This document shows positions 34,511 through 48,366 of a stretch of DNA of 64,000 nt, one piece after another. Position 1 is the stretch's first letter. The number at the start of each line of letters is the position of its first letter. The translations under genes and the position numbers were made by a program. Source of the stretch: Camelus ferus (taxonomy: Eukaryota). Below the pieces are notes generated by a model. That model was given only the letters and a program-made list of their open reading frames with translations. It had not been told where the DNA came from and ran no database searches. Location: positions 46,564,001-46,628,000 of the forward strand of contig NC_045696.1 in assembly GCF_009834535.1 (NCBI RefSeq), in the 5' to 3' direction.

Positions 34511-36799
34511 AGAGGTTCTTGGGTATGACTGCCTAAGTTAGCTAGCAGGCATAGAAAAAATGGTGTGAGTAAAGGTTCTTCTTTTTTAACATCTCCCATT
34601 AGAAAGAATAATATTGCGTACTAGAATTTTACTATCAACCTAACAAATGGTTAGTGTTCTTAACATCTAGAAAGACAATTCCCCCTGAGAATCTCAGTTG
34701 TAATGTTAGCCCTTACCCGTTAAAGCAGAGCTGCCAGCCCTCCCTCCCCCTATAGGCTTAATGTAATTGTAGCTGGGTTGCACATCTGTTAATCATTGCT
34801 TAGGCATTGCTTGGTTCATAATTTAGAGGGTGGTCAACAGAGTTAGAAGTAGACAATGTACTACTTGCATTCTTGCCAGAAGAAATCTTAACATTAGGTT
34901 CAGAAACTCAAAATAGGAAGTCATTTTTACAAAATGCAGGAAATAGGCAATTGGAGTAAACCTTTGTTGAGAGCCTGTTTATTTACTAGGGGTTTTATGA
35001 GGAGGAAAGCTCATTAAACTAACTTAAAAATCAACCCTGCCAAGTGTCTCTTTTTCGTTCCATTTTAATGATGGTACAGGTGGTTAGTTATCTTGCCAAG
35101 AGCACACAGCTAAACTGAGTCAAGATTGGACTCCAAGCCTTTGAACACCAGTGTCATTGCCTTTGCTCTAATGTGCTGCTTAACAAGCATCGTCATGTCG
35201 GAGAGAGTCATGAGGAATCCCACCTGCCCTTCCACTGGGAGGTGGAACCATCAGCTGGTTGCAGCCACATCATGCTCCTACCTTCTTTTCTTTTTCCGCT
35301 GAGTAAGCTTTCACCCCAGTTTCTCTCTCCCTCTTGCTCTCTTTTTAACATTGTACTTTACATCTTTTCTTCCCCTATGTTTCCTTTTCCAATACTTAGT
35401 AAAATTTTTCTGGCTTTGTGTAATATTGTTACATACTCAATCTTAAAAGTGAAGAATAGCACTTTACTTTTATCTTTCTTGAGCAGAGAGTTGCACATAT
35501 TGAACAGTTGGTTCTTACAGCATCCCCACATGAATAAACAGATTAATCCAGAGGTTTGATTAAAACACATGTTTTGTTTTTCTAAATTCCTTAATATTTT
35601 AAGCCAAGTGATTATTGGATCCCCATATGTTGTAATTTATCTATATTATTTTTCTTTCTTGTGCATCAAGGGAAAGAAACTTGGATATAGATATGGGGCA
35701 GACACAATTTGAATTTTAAAATAACTCCTTTTCCTTCACATAATCTGAAGAAGGTACTGTATTGAAACGGCCAGACTGGTGAAGACGTTGCTGCTGTCTT
35801 CCATATTGTCAGCACAGTGCTGTGGCCTGCAGACCACCGTAGGCCAGAGCAGTGAGTGTGCATTGCTGAAGCTTGGTAAGCCTATTAGAAAATGTCAAGG
35901 AGGTGCCCAATCATCTTTCTAGAATGAGAAGCTCTATAGAACCTATCAAGAAATTTTCTTATAACCGTGAAGTAAACCATATTTTTTTTCTACTCATTAA
36001 ACAAAAATTCTGAATGAAAAATAAGCTGTATTTGGTATAGGTCCAAACCAAACGATAAGCATTTCCATGAAGTTTTTAATCTTGTCTGGAGTTCTCTCTC
36101 TGTATGTGTTGATTTTGGCCCAAGTTGACTGGATTTTCTCACACACTCAGAGCTGGTACCTGCCTTCTTCTCTCTACACTCTTTCTCCATATGCCTGTGA
36201 GACTTTTCTTTAGTTAGGAGGGTTTCACTGTTTTCATTCTTTTTTTTTTTTAAGTCACAGTTCACCTCTCTTTCTCTGCAGAGGCCATTGCTTTTGTTGT
36301 CCTTAAGTTTGGAAATAGGGTTTCTTATTACATAGCTCAAGAAATGAACCTGAAGGTTATCAATTAGTATAGGAGAGTCTTCCTCTTGGTCAAGTCAAGG
36401 AAGGGAACCTGTCATTTTTTATTATCAGTAGAACCAAAGGAAGATTGTTGTCTTAGTACCGTAGCCCTGGACTGAAAGTTTCCTACTTCTGAGAGAATTT
36501 CCCCGAATCTGTTGGTTCGTAGGTTTTGTCTCTACAAAATGGAGGTGGTGGTTTAGGGGCAGAGTATTTTATTGAGTTGTGTGAGAGGAATTGAGATAAG
36601 AAATCCTTAAAAAAGAAACATAAGGAAGCTTTAAGAATAAGAAGAGTTTTAATTAAACGGCATAAGCAGTCAGTCAGCAGTAGCTATTAAACAAGATATA
36701 TTGGGAAGCTTTTGTTGGTCATTCATCTTCCTCTCCTGTTTCTGATCACGTACTCTGAATAAGTGCTTTCTTTCTTTGTTTCTTCTTCTTCTTTTACAG

Positions 36800-36887
36800 A
36801 GGTCAGAGGTCAACTCCGCTCACCCATGACGGACAGCCAAAAGAAATGCCACAGGCTCCTGTACTTATTTCCTGCGCTGACCAGTGA
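36800..36887 (+). CDS. BBX: BBX last coding segment, TGA at 36885-36887
   Basis: Long pyrimidine tract ...cttttacag|AGGTCAG; GQRSTPLTHDGQPKEMPQAPVLISCADQ*, the recalled BBX C-terminus. Confidence 0.96.
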
Positions 36888-39800
36888 AGCGCCCTTTAAT
36901 TGTAAAACATTGTGCTTTACCTACTACCCTAGCCTTGTCTTTACCGAGGGATGCTAGTGAGTCCATGTGGTGGAAAATATAGACTGCAAACAAGTGCTTG
37001 TTGCCCTACATGGCCCAGATTGACTTGAAGCAGAAGTTGGCGTCCTGGGCCAGTTTGTTCTTTCAAAACCCAGAGTCTTTGAGGGTGATGTTGTCTGTCT
37101 GATAATGAGCAGAAACGGGATGATCCTAGAGCTTTGCTTTCTATTGAAGGCTTTTGATGGTAATAGGTGGTAACTTGGTAAGAGGCTGCCTTTACTGTAG
37201 CTCATCCAGCATCTCTTTTACCAACCAGAGAGTGTGAAACTAGTTTCGTATATTACCTAGTTATTCTTTCAAAACAAAAACAAAAACAAACAAAAAAACA
37301 AAAACAAAAACTGACGCACTGCACTAGTTATTATTAGATATTCTTAGTCTTTTTTGTACATGGAGATTTAAGTTCTAAGATGGTTTATATAATAGGTTAT
37401 ACCTACATTTATATTGTAGAATAATATTAAAAAGCCTGTTCCAGACTCCCAAGCAGCACGGGCAGGCAGATGTACCATTGTTAGCGGTGTATGCTCGGCC
37501 TCGTGGTCCATATATTCTGCACTTTTATATTTGCCACCAGAGTGGTAGTTTGCTGGCAAAAAAGAGAGAGAGAGAGAGATGGAGGAAAAAAAAAGTTAAA
37601 ATTCTTACGAGCTGAATTTTTTTCTTAGCCTTGAGTGACCAAGAAGAATTTGCTTGGGGCAAATTGTGGCAAATATTTTCCCAGACAGGGGAAGAGTCCT
37701 GCAGATTACTGATGTTTTCATGCCTTGAGGATTCTTTTATTTTTACACAAGGGTCTGAGTGACCAATGGATCGTTCATACAAACAAACAAACAAAAAAAA
37801 AGAAAAATATTATTCAGAAGTGACCTTAGTATTACTTCACTATTCTGAACACATTGAAGACACTCACTTCATGTGGACTTTGACCTACAGACCTTTTACA
37901 TCCATCCCAGACAGACTGGACGGGTAGCAATTGCTATGCACAGCCTAATTGGCACTGCAGGTTTTTAGAGCCATTTTGCATTTTTGTTGTTAAGGAGATA
38001 TTGAGTAAATGATGAGGGAGGTATGCCTGACCAGAGTGGGACTCTCAGTCATAGATCCACCTGCAAGTTTGTTTCCTTTTTGTGTTTTGTTGCTTTTGAG
38101 CATAAAACCAACCATACATATGCCAGTGCCAAGTGGATTAACTGGCTTTAGAACATTCAGCATATTGACTCAACCACCTGATGTTCACAGTGTCTTGTTT
38201 CTTAGCAACGGATGCAAAGTGATAAATCAAAATTAGTCGGAGGCTACAGATTTTACAGGGTATTTGTTCCATAGCACAAAGTATTTCCCCACTCTTGCAT
38301 CACAGCACAAACTACCAAATTTTAATTATTGGATTCCAGCAATAATTTTTATTGGTTTTCAAACTGGCAGAATTTTGATAGTGATAGTTCGAGTTTGAAG
38401 CTTTTGAATTAGATCTCTAAATGGTGACAGTTTACAAGGTTTTATCTAGCTTTCTTATTTATACTTGACTGAATTATAATGTTGATTTTTTTTTCTAATC
38501 GTAATTTGACCTAATAGCCATACAAAAAATGACTCTATTAGTACTGACTAGGTTTAGCTTTTCACGGTTGTAGATATTACTTCAGTTTCGGTGCTGGAAA
38601 AATAGGTACAACATACTAACAAAATTGAAAAAGAATATAGAGATTTTTTTTTTCAAAGCAGATAAAGAGGACAGCAAGGCATTAGAATGGTGTCCTCAAA
38701 AATGCATATTCATTACGGGCGTGGTGGAGGAAGGAATTAGTAAGCAAGGTTAATCAGAGGTTCAAGGTTAGCCCCATTCACATAGAAATAAATCGGGTGA
38801 GCAGCCCCAGATTTTAGTGTAATATTTTTACTATGATGCTGTTTTACTAATGTTTTCTAAGTTTCAAAACACAAAGTATATGTTTGAAAATTGCTGGGTC
38901 CCAATGTTGGTGGCTGTTGGAGTTTTTGGACCACTTGCTAGCAGTGATTTAAAAATTATTAGCTAAAATCCAAAAAAGAAAATTAAAAATCAACAACAGA
39001 AATTGTTTGGTGCAGAACATGCACCTTGACAATGGTACTAACTTGTTATTCTCTAGAACACGTTAGAATAGATCTATTTTTGCCAGAGCACCCTCCTTCA
39101 GTCCTCCGATTACATTTCACTAGAGTTCCTTAAGAGATTGCTGTATATTCATGGGACCTTTTTTAAAAAGAAGCAAAACAAAAGATTACTTTTTTCTATG
39201 TGATTAATATATCTTACTTGATCTGCTTTTCCTAAACCTCAGTGGCTTTTCCCTTAGGTGGGGGGGGGAGTGGGAGGGCAACTTACTGGATATGACTGTT
39301 TTCAGATACTTAAAAAAAAAAAAACCTTTTTGTAGAAATGCTTAATTTTTAAGCGGTTAGGCACTGAGAGTAGCAGAAATCCTGCAAAGCTTTATAGTCC
39401 TTTAGACACTTGCCTTGTCGTTTCTCTGAGTGAAGTCTTGGTTTCAATAATAGTGCTTTTCTCATGCCCTGAATCCGCTGGAAAGGGGTGTTGGTATTTT
39501 CAGGTAACAACATTTGTTAGCACAAATATTTCAGATCAACATGTAGTGCCCCCCCCATTTGTATTTTCATTTCACTTCTCTCATTCTTTTTATTTTGGAA
39601 AATCATATTGCTATGGTGTGTACCTTAATCTGCCAGCAAACACCATCCACACTAACATTTGTCCCACAAACATCCTCAAGAGAAAAAGTTGTTGCACCTT
39701 ATGTATATCTCAAGCAAACCAAAATATGATGCTCTTCTGCTTTGTCTTATTCTAAATTGTTGTATCATATCTTTCTGAAACCATTCTGAATCTAGTTGAA

Positions 39801-42650
39801 ATTATCAATATTTATGCTTTTAACCTTAATTTCTGGATTCAAACCTGTATATAAATCTTTTGAAAAAATTTGTCCTAGCCCTTCTCTGTGATGCTGGAAG
39901 TGGATGATTTAGTCTCAGATGGAGACGCAGTACTGTTCCAGTTTTCTTTAGCCTTTTATTTATTTAGTTATTCTGGGTATTTTCCTATGTAATTTTGAAG
40001 TGTGTAGAGTATATTATAGTAACTGAAGCTGCAGCTCTAAGAAGCTGAGTGAAAGAAAAAAAATACTGTAAGACATCCTTTTTAAGTTTTTATTTGTTTG
40101 GATAACTGTAATGAGATCAGGAAAAGGAAAAATGTCCCACAGCCACATTGAAGATACAGGTTCCTATCCCCAAATTAGGTTAGTTCCCAGATTTTAGATC
40201 AAAATTGTTAATTCATTAAAGCCCTTGTTAGAGGATATATCATATGGTTGTAATTCCGACAGTCTTTCTCCCACAAACATCAGACGTATATTTATTTAAT
40301 TCTGTCAGGTGAGCTTTCTACCAGTGCCCCCTCAAAACCATCCCGAGATCATTCCCACGGTGTCACTGTTACTCTAGTTTCTGCCATTAAAACTGCTGCG
40401 GAGAAAAAAAGTAATGAAACACTATGAACAAAAAGGAGCATCTGAGCTGCTCTGGTCGTATAGAATCCAACATGTGTAATCCTTGTCATTCTCTTATGAA
40501 GTCAGATGCTACTCTTCCCGAGTCATAGAAAATTTTGTTTGCACTCTGTAGTCTTTGGCTCATCGTATGGAAATGTTTGCACCTATGTAAAAATCTCAAG
40601 CAAATTATAAACCGATACAGAACTAGGAGTCAGCTGAAGAGTAAATATGACATGTTGTGTTTATACAGTGCCGGGGGGAGGGGTGGGGAATATCGAGTAA
40701 CTCTGTTCCAAGTCTGGCATTTGGCATTAATGTGAAGCAGTGGGACCATGCTGCCTGCTAAACTACTGTATGAATCCTAAGTGTTCTGGAGACCAGCAGC
40801 TGGGGCTGGAGGCTGGAGGCCGGAGGCCAGCTTCTATACAACAAAGGGGAAGCGGAAGTCGTGCAAGGCCTGAGTCATCCTTTGTGAAGGGAAAGTCGGG
40901 GTGTATGTGATGCTGTGAGGAGGTTCACCTTTGATTGCACTGCTCCGCAGAGCCCTCAGATAAGGCCAATTCTAATGGGCTACCTCGGCTTTAACAGTTA
41001 ATTTCAGTGAGTCCTGTTTCAGAGGTTTGTCTTTTTTTTGCTTCTACCTTCAGTGCCACTATTTTCCACTGCAGTGTTTTGACTTCACAAACCGCCTTCT
41101 CCAGAGAGAACAATGTGTTGCTGAAAATGGGCAGTAGAAGCAAATGCTCTTATTGCATTTGACCTATGAAGTATTTCAGAGTGACTGCTAGGTGGGAATT
41201 AAAATTTAGCTTTCCCCACATAGGACCTTGTTTTGCACCTTATAAAGAGTATACTAATTGTTAATTATATGTTGCTTTTATTTATACAAGCATTCCCAAA
41301 GACTTAGATTTGGATTTTGTTTTTATTTGAGTTTTGGGATTTTTTTTTTTTTAAAAAGTGTCTTATTTAGATTGACTAACACATACTTATAATAAAAAAA
41401 AAACCAGTTGTTCAGTTCATCTTACCAGGTATGTCTGGTGAAGTATTCAGGGTTTGATGGACTGCTTTACTTTCAGTTTGGAAGTGATAGCTAAGTTTAT
41501 TATACCCAATATTAAATGACCTTGTCCTTTTCACTGGGGACATTCTCTTCCTTACATTTCAGAGAAAAAGCAACAAAAGAGAGAACAATACAAATATATT
41601 TGACTCTCCTCATACACCTCCATCTGTTTGTACTACGCTTTCCTTAAAAAACATATGTATACATTTTCTTCACACATACAAAAAAAATTTCCTCTCCTGG
41701 CCAAATTTTACTTGTAGTGGTATGATTTATACTAGTAACTGAAAGAGGAAACCTTGTACTTAAAAGTTCAATGACCACTGTTTTCTGCTGCTGTCAGTGG
41801 TCAAAACTAATCCTGCCCTTAAATTGATTTTTAGGCACAGAACTAGTTATTGTGAACATTACTACTCCTTCCAAAGATTTTCTAATAACTTAGGCCAGAA
41901 CTGGTTACTGAGTAACAAGGACCTAATTCAATGCCTCCACACCCTCCCACCCGCACTGCAAATCTTACCTCACAAGCTCTAACCTAAATCACAGAGGCGC
42001 ATTCGTTTCATGGACTAGCAGTGACCTCCCTTTGCAGCCCCAGAGGGGCTGGTCACGAACCCCGACACCTCACATCAGTGCCTCGCTCATAGCGGCAGAC
42101 CTGGGGTGGAGGAGGTTTGGGATCTGGAGCTCAGCACATGCTCAGCAATGTTTTTCTCATTTCATTAGCACTAAACGAGTTTCTTGCTCTCAGGAATTTG
42201 TCAAAAAAGAATAAAAACCACCTGAGATTCCACACACCAGATTATGAACTTTTCTTGTAGGTTTGAATTGCTTACTTATCTGTCATAAATTAACCATAGC
42301 TTCCTTTGACCACCAGGTCTTAAGTCTGTTGACAGTTTTCAGCATGACCGAATCGCTCATTTTTTGCTTTCAGAAATTGGCTTGGTTCTCTTTAGAGTTG
42401 GTGTAAACATGCCATGTAATAAGTGATTTCCACTTAATGGTACAACAGAATTATTGCTTTCTTAGATGTATGTGTAGTAAAAGTCAATATACACATTTAT
42501 ATAATTTCTTTCTTCAAAATCTTATACTTAATTTGATATTTCTAAAAATTGCACATGTAAGTCATGTGTATAACATGCTAAAGTACTTTAACTGTGATCT
42601 TAAAACTGAATAAAAATATTTAATAAAAATTTGAAATATTTTAAAGATAT
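36888..42650 (+). other. BBX: BBX 3'UTR, about 5.7 kb (end approximate)
   Basis: AU-rich, almost free of recognisable transposons, continuous from the stop codon to the tandem poly(A) signals. Confidence 0.75.
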
Positions 42651-42680
42651 TATTCAAATATATTTCTTTCTGGTTCACGC
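42556..42680 (+). terminator. Distal cleavage/polyadenylation site
   Basis: AATAAA at 42609-42614 and 42622-42627, upstream TGTA (CFIm-type) motifs at 42556 and 42567, downstream U/GU-rich tatttctttctggttc. Confidence 0.7.
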
Positions 42681-43063
42681 TACTGGCCATAGAGTATGTG
42701 CCTTCAATATACCATATCTGCTAAAAACAGTAGGGAAAATACTTTAATCAAAGTAAGACATTTCAACTATTTCAGAATGTGCAGTGATGGTCTCCCCAAA
42801 ACTTTGCCTGAGAATCACCATTGTCTGAGCAGCTTCAGTTACTCTTCCCCAATGTGTGGAGCGGAAATCAGACTGACGAAAGACATGGAGTCTGCTGTGC
42901 AGAAGGAGCGCCTCCGTGGGAAAGTGTGATCTGAGCATACCATCTTTCCCCAAACTATAATAAAAGTACGGAAATAGTATCATTAAGACTGTAGTATAAA
43001 CTCAGACCTCAAGTTTGCCGAGTATGATGTTCCAGAACCTTAGAACCTCGGATGTGTTATTTT

Positions 43064-43211
43064 AGCCTTTGGAATAGTACACAAGTGTACAATAGTACAC
43101 ACACACAGCATAGATACATGGATAGTATAATTACATCACAGCCTTTGGAATTGCACACACACATACACACTGTATAAATACATATATGGTATAATTACAT
43201 CACAGCCTTTG
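43064..43211. repeat. Short minisatellite, about 2.1 units of 64-76 bp
   Basis: agcctttg at 43064, 43140, 43204; perfect 23-mer gtataattacatcacagcctttg at 43125 and 43189. Confidence 0.85.
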
Positions 43212-46200
43212 CATTCAGACAGACTGGGCGCCAGAGTGTATGGCTGTATCTATTTACTCCTGGATTTTTTAACCTCCCTGAACTGTGTAGTGGTGGTTGA
43301 TAACACCACCTTAAATGATAAATGATGGTGGTGATAACACCTCCTTAACACCCCTGTGGGATGAAAAGAGAGTATGTATGAAAATACTGGCATAGGGCCT
43401 GCAACAGAAATGCTCATTAAATGATAATTACTGACTTCATTATTTTTATTTCCACTATAAGGCTGGTACGTTAGTATATTCAAAAAAGATGGAAGTACAA
43501 CTTCCTCTTCAAAATTAACTTGTAGGGGCCTGATGCCTTAGGGGTAAGCTGTTTCAGGAGATTTGATGATGTGGAAGACTCATGGTAGGTTAAGTCCACA
43601 TAGCTAACTCATACTTTGTATATGTAGCACTATAAGATTTTACTATAAAATCAGTCTGCCTAATGAATTACATATTCTAATACTCCAGCACATTTCCTTT
43701 GAATTACTAAGGATACAGTGTGTTGTAGTGGGTAGGGTGAGCTCCGTGCCAAAGAAAATAAATTCTGTTAGGGAAAAAGGTGACAGAAAATGCCTATGTG
43801 TGTGGTTTTATGGTCCTACATATACAGTTAACATCTGTCCTTTGGGGTAGAACATGAAATTTCTTAAAAGGAAAAAATAAAATGGTTCTTATCTAAGTGA
43901 GCTAAACTAATACTACCGACACGATTCCGTACATACTGAACAAAGGTAAAATTGTTCATCAGAAACCTTTTCACCTTTTTGAAATTAAGGAAATTTTCAA
44001 ATTATGGAAGGGTAGGGAGGCTAGCATATTGAACTCCAGGTAAACCTCACCCAGCTTCCACAAGTACCTACATCTTAATTCCTGTTTCATCTGTATTTTA
44101 CCCATTTTCCTCTGTTTCATCCCCTAACCCCAGATATGCATATCCCAGAAGTGTGATTTCATGTAAAAAAAAAAAAAAAAAAAACAAACCAAAATTCAAT
44201 ACACACTTCCTCACAATTCCAAAAATATGTTTGTTTCTTGTCCAAAGTGAAAAACCTATGAGCCACAGTAGTACCGGAGTGAAGATCATTTGGAATTAGA
44301 AAACGCTGTTCAAATTTGATATCTCTGTATTTTCCCTTTTTTCATTTAAAGATTCCAAACAGATTTAAACTAGATCAAAGACATGCTTTTCTTAGCATGT
44401 TACTTATTTAGGTCTTGCTTTCTATGTTTTTTTTTTTTTTAGTTAATATCTAGCCCAAAGGCTGAAACTTGTATAACTTTATAGAAAACTTTATAAACTT
44501 GCTATGTCCTTCACACTTTTCCCTCCAACCGTGTTCCCCCTACATTTTCTCTCTCAGACTTGTACGAGTGAAATCTGTTACTGTAGGGGAGAGGTAGAGA
44601 CCAAATTTTTGAGTTCTGAAAGGCAGTTTGCCAAAGACTTAAAAAATCTGCAATCCTGGGTCAACAGGCCAGGAATTAAAGCATAAAATGAAATCCCTTG
44701 CTGGAAGAGAGAAAATGATAATGCCTACTTGAAGGCTCACCTACTTGGAGATCCTCTACCCTAGGGAATTTCACAAAAGGTCATTTTGTCTCAGGATTGT
44801 GTACTGCAGTCAGAAGAGAAAATGTGGAGATTGAAAGTTTCTTGAGAATGAAGGGGCAGAAAGGGAAAGTTCATACAAACAGGTCTTTAAAGTTCAATGT
44901 CTAAAATTTAAAATGGTTTAAAAGCCAGCATGAAAATATTTCCGAGAAATATGCTCAAGTATAATTATTTTTTCTTGATCTTTTCTACTATCACTTATAT
45001 CTGTGGTATTAATTATGAAAAACACATTAAACAGATACCAATTCACATCTTCCAGAAATAAAGATATGAAAGCACTGAAAAAATATAAACAATTAAAATA
45101 TACTCGGTAGATACAAAAATAGGTAATAATTTGCCATCTATTTTGAAGCATGTTTGAAATACATTTAATAGAAAACCAATATTGATACAATTTTTTAAAA
45201 AATTTCCCTGCAAGATACATGATCTTTGAGATAAATACTGGAGAAACTTAGATGACCTTTTATAAAATTACTTTAAATTTTCATTTCTCCCATACTATAT
45301 CTTGGCTTAGGTATTTACAGCAGTATATTAAAAACAAAAGTGAGATTCTGCACAAGTCCTCAAATATCTAAACCCTCCTTGTAAATAGAATATGAAGTAT
45401 TTAACACATGCTAGCCTCACCTGCATTAAACCTATATTGTGTATCAGTCAAAATCAAAAGTGTATTGTTAGAACAAAGTGGCTTAAAAACAGTGCTTCAA
45501 CCACTCCTCTGTTTTAAAACCCATGAAAATTAGTTCACCTCACTTGCTTTGGCTCCAGAAGAGTTCTTCACCCAAACTACATGTCCATTAAAATGCTGTC
45601 ATGCTCTTCCCAACAATCCAGTTGTTTCAGGGATCTGCGGTGGATGCCTGCGACTGGACCTGCCAAGTACCAGCGAGTCCGTCTTCTGAGGGTATGTAGT
45701 CTCGTGGGGGCTGGAGCTGTCCATTGAAATGCACTACAGATGAGACTGGGCATGGAAACCAGCGCCTGTCAGGAAGAAGCTACATATAAACTTGTGGAAC
45801 TTGATAACCTGCATTTTGAAGACTAAGAAAATGTTACTGTTCTACTTATAAAGAATAAAATTCTTTAAATTTCTCAGATCTTCAAGAATGACAAAAATGC
45901 GATAAAAAGCCTTTGGGCGAAGACCCGTGATGCAGTGTCTGTTTCTTTTATGTGTGTCCTGGGGTATGGAACTTTCCAGCTCTGCCGATTCCAGGACTGA
46001 CGTGGTTAGACAGCACATCGGCTACAGCCTTGGAAGGATGGTCTAAGGCTACCTGAAACCAGAAGGTCAAGCAGCACAATTTAAGCAGTTGGCCTTAGGG
46101 TTAGAGCGCTAATCCTGGGGCCAGACAGTGTGATTCCCTGACTTTCTTTTCCTTCTCCCTGGGCTGTATCCTCTCCTCACCGCAGTCCCAACCCTTGCGT

Positions 46201-47694
46201 ATTGCTGAAACAGCACCCCTTCCCACTTCCACACCTCCACACACAAAAGCTGTAGTCCGATTTCCCTTGGTTTTTCACGTTCTTCTCCACTGAGAACAGC
46301 TGTGAGGTTTTTTTATGGCTGGGTGAAAGACTCCAGAAACCCTTCCTCCAGGAAACTGTTGGGAAAGATTCTCATTTTTGAAGTATGCTGCCACCATTTC
46401 AGTTTCCATCTCAGTTGATCATGTGAGTCTTTTGCTAATCCTCAGCCTTTAAAAAGGACTTTACTGCAGGACAAACCTATTCTTACCTATGACTCTTAAG
46501 GGATTACTTCCTGCATATCGAAGGCTGTGTATCTGCTTTTTAAATGAAATATTTACCTCAGTACGGCCAAATAAAAATCCCCATTTTAGGGACTGATAGT
46601 TAAGGGAATTCTTTAACTTCAAAATCATCTGCTTAAGGAATCAAGATTATCTCTTAGGTATGGAAACTACACTGTAATTTATGTATGAATTTGGAAAAGT
46701 TTTAGAAATTTTATTGAAGAGTTTAATTTGAAGTTCACCAGGTATCTGTCTGTGGCCCCCAGACTCGGTCATGGGGATATGTGTTGCCAAAAGTCTTCTT
46801 CAGCCTTTCTCTCTTCATGTCCCAAAGATCTGACTTCAAATGAGTGGGTCACACATGAAACAACATCTCCCGAGGACCCTGTGCATGCCGAGGACCGTGG
46901 CTGCAGCAACAGCGACAACAATGGTCTTCAAATGTCTCCACCGGCCCACCTGATGTAGTATTTGCAGTTCGAAGGGGAAGGCAGAGGGGTTGGCTCTCTG
47001 AAGCCTGCCACAGTCCTCCCTAGAGACACCATTCAACCTGGAATCAGACCAAGATCTTTTTCTTCTATGCATGAGCATTTATCCATGTGAATTACTATTT
47101 CGGGGCTCCTCTTTCACTCCTACCCACACATCCAATATTCCATATGCCTTCTTTTAAAAAACAAATGGCTTTCTGGTCTGGGTGTGCGCATTTCTCTTCC
47201 GGTTGCCTTTGTGTGACATTCTGGCCTGCCACCACCACCACCTGCTCCTCAGCCAAAGATCTATTTTGGATAGACTCAGCCCCTGCCCTTCGAGTCTACT
47301 GCAGAGAGCAGCGTCAGTAATTGGTGGTAGCAAGATGAACTGAGCCATAAATTAGCTGATGAATATTCTTCCCTGGGGAAGAGCAGGCCTTCGCCCGCCG
47401 TCAAAGAAGTCAAGGCCAACCAAGTAGCAAGATTGCACAGCGGGCGGGACCCTGGAAGATGTCCCCGACCTCCTCAACAGTTCACCTTTCCCTGCTGAGC
47501 AGTGCTGGCTGCCGTCACAAGCCTCCAAGTCTTGGAGCAGAGCCGAGGTTTCTGTGATGCAACTGCTATAGATAAGCGATGCAATTTATATTTCTTGGTC
47601 CCTTTGATTTTCTTTTATTTCTATATAGTCAATTATATATTAAAGTTAAAATTTTTAACTTGAATGTTAACCTCCTATTAGCTTAAACCATTTA

Positions 47695-48143
47695 CAGGCA
47701 TGCCTCGGAGATTTTGTGGGTTTGGTTCCAGACCACTGCAGTACAGCGAGTCCACACAAGTTTTCTGGTTTCTCCGTGCATAAAAAAGCTATGTTTACAC
47801 TATGCTGTAATCTACTAAGTGTGCAAAAGCATTATGTCCAAAACAATGTACATACCTAAGTTTAAAAATACTTTATTGCTAAAAAATGGTAATCATCGAC
47901 TGAGCCTTCAGCAAGTCATTGTATTAACACCAAAGATCACCATAACAAATATAGTAATAATGAAAAGGTCTGAAATGTGGGAATTACCAAAACGTGACAC
48001 AGGGACACAAAGTGAGCCAATGTTGGAAAAAATGGTGCCAATCGACTTGCTCAACCCAGAGTTGCCACAAACCTTCAATTTGTAAAAACTGCGTTATCCG
48101 CAGAGTAAAATAAAGTGAAGTGCAATAAAATGAGGTGTGTCTA
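47695..48143 (-). mobile_element. Internally deleted Tigger1 derivative, about 450 bp
   Basis: TA|caggcatgcctc ... gaggtgtgtcta|TA termini; both ends match recalled Tigger1 (ggttccagaccac; gttgccacaaaccttcaatttgtaaaaa). Confidence 0.9.
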
Positions 48144-48366
48144 TACCTTCAAAACTTACAGTATACACACAGTTCTCAGTTTGAAAATCAGGCAGAAGTA
48201 TGATCTATTTTCACTTAAATTTTTACCTTTTTTAAAAAAAATAAAGCTAGTATTTTATAGCACTTATATTACAGTTATTACCCAAGATGTTTAATTAAAA
48301 TTACATGTGCTTCAGATTCAACCCACCTGATCCACCTTTTTTCCCCAGTTTTAAAAGAATGTTTTT

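Noticed and set aside
43064..43211. CRISPR-like repeat-spacer pattern (23-bp repeat, ~41-bp interval)
   Set aside because: Only two full repeats, the intervening sequences are similar to each other, there are no cas genes, and the DNA is mammalian; it is a minisatellite.
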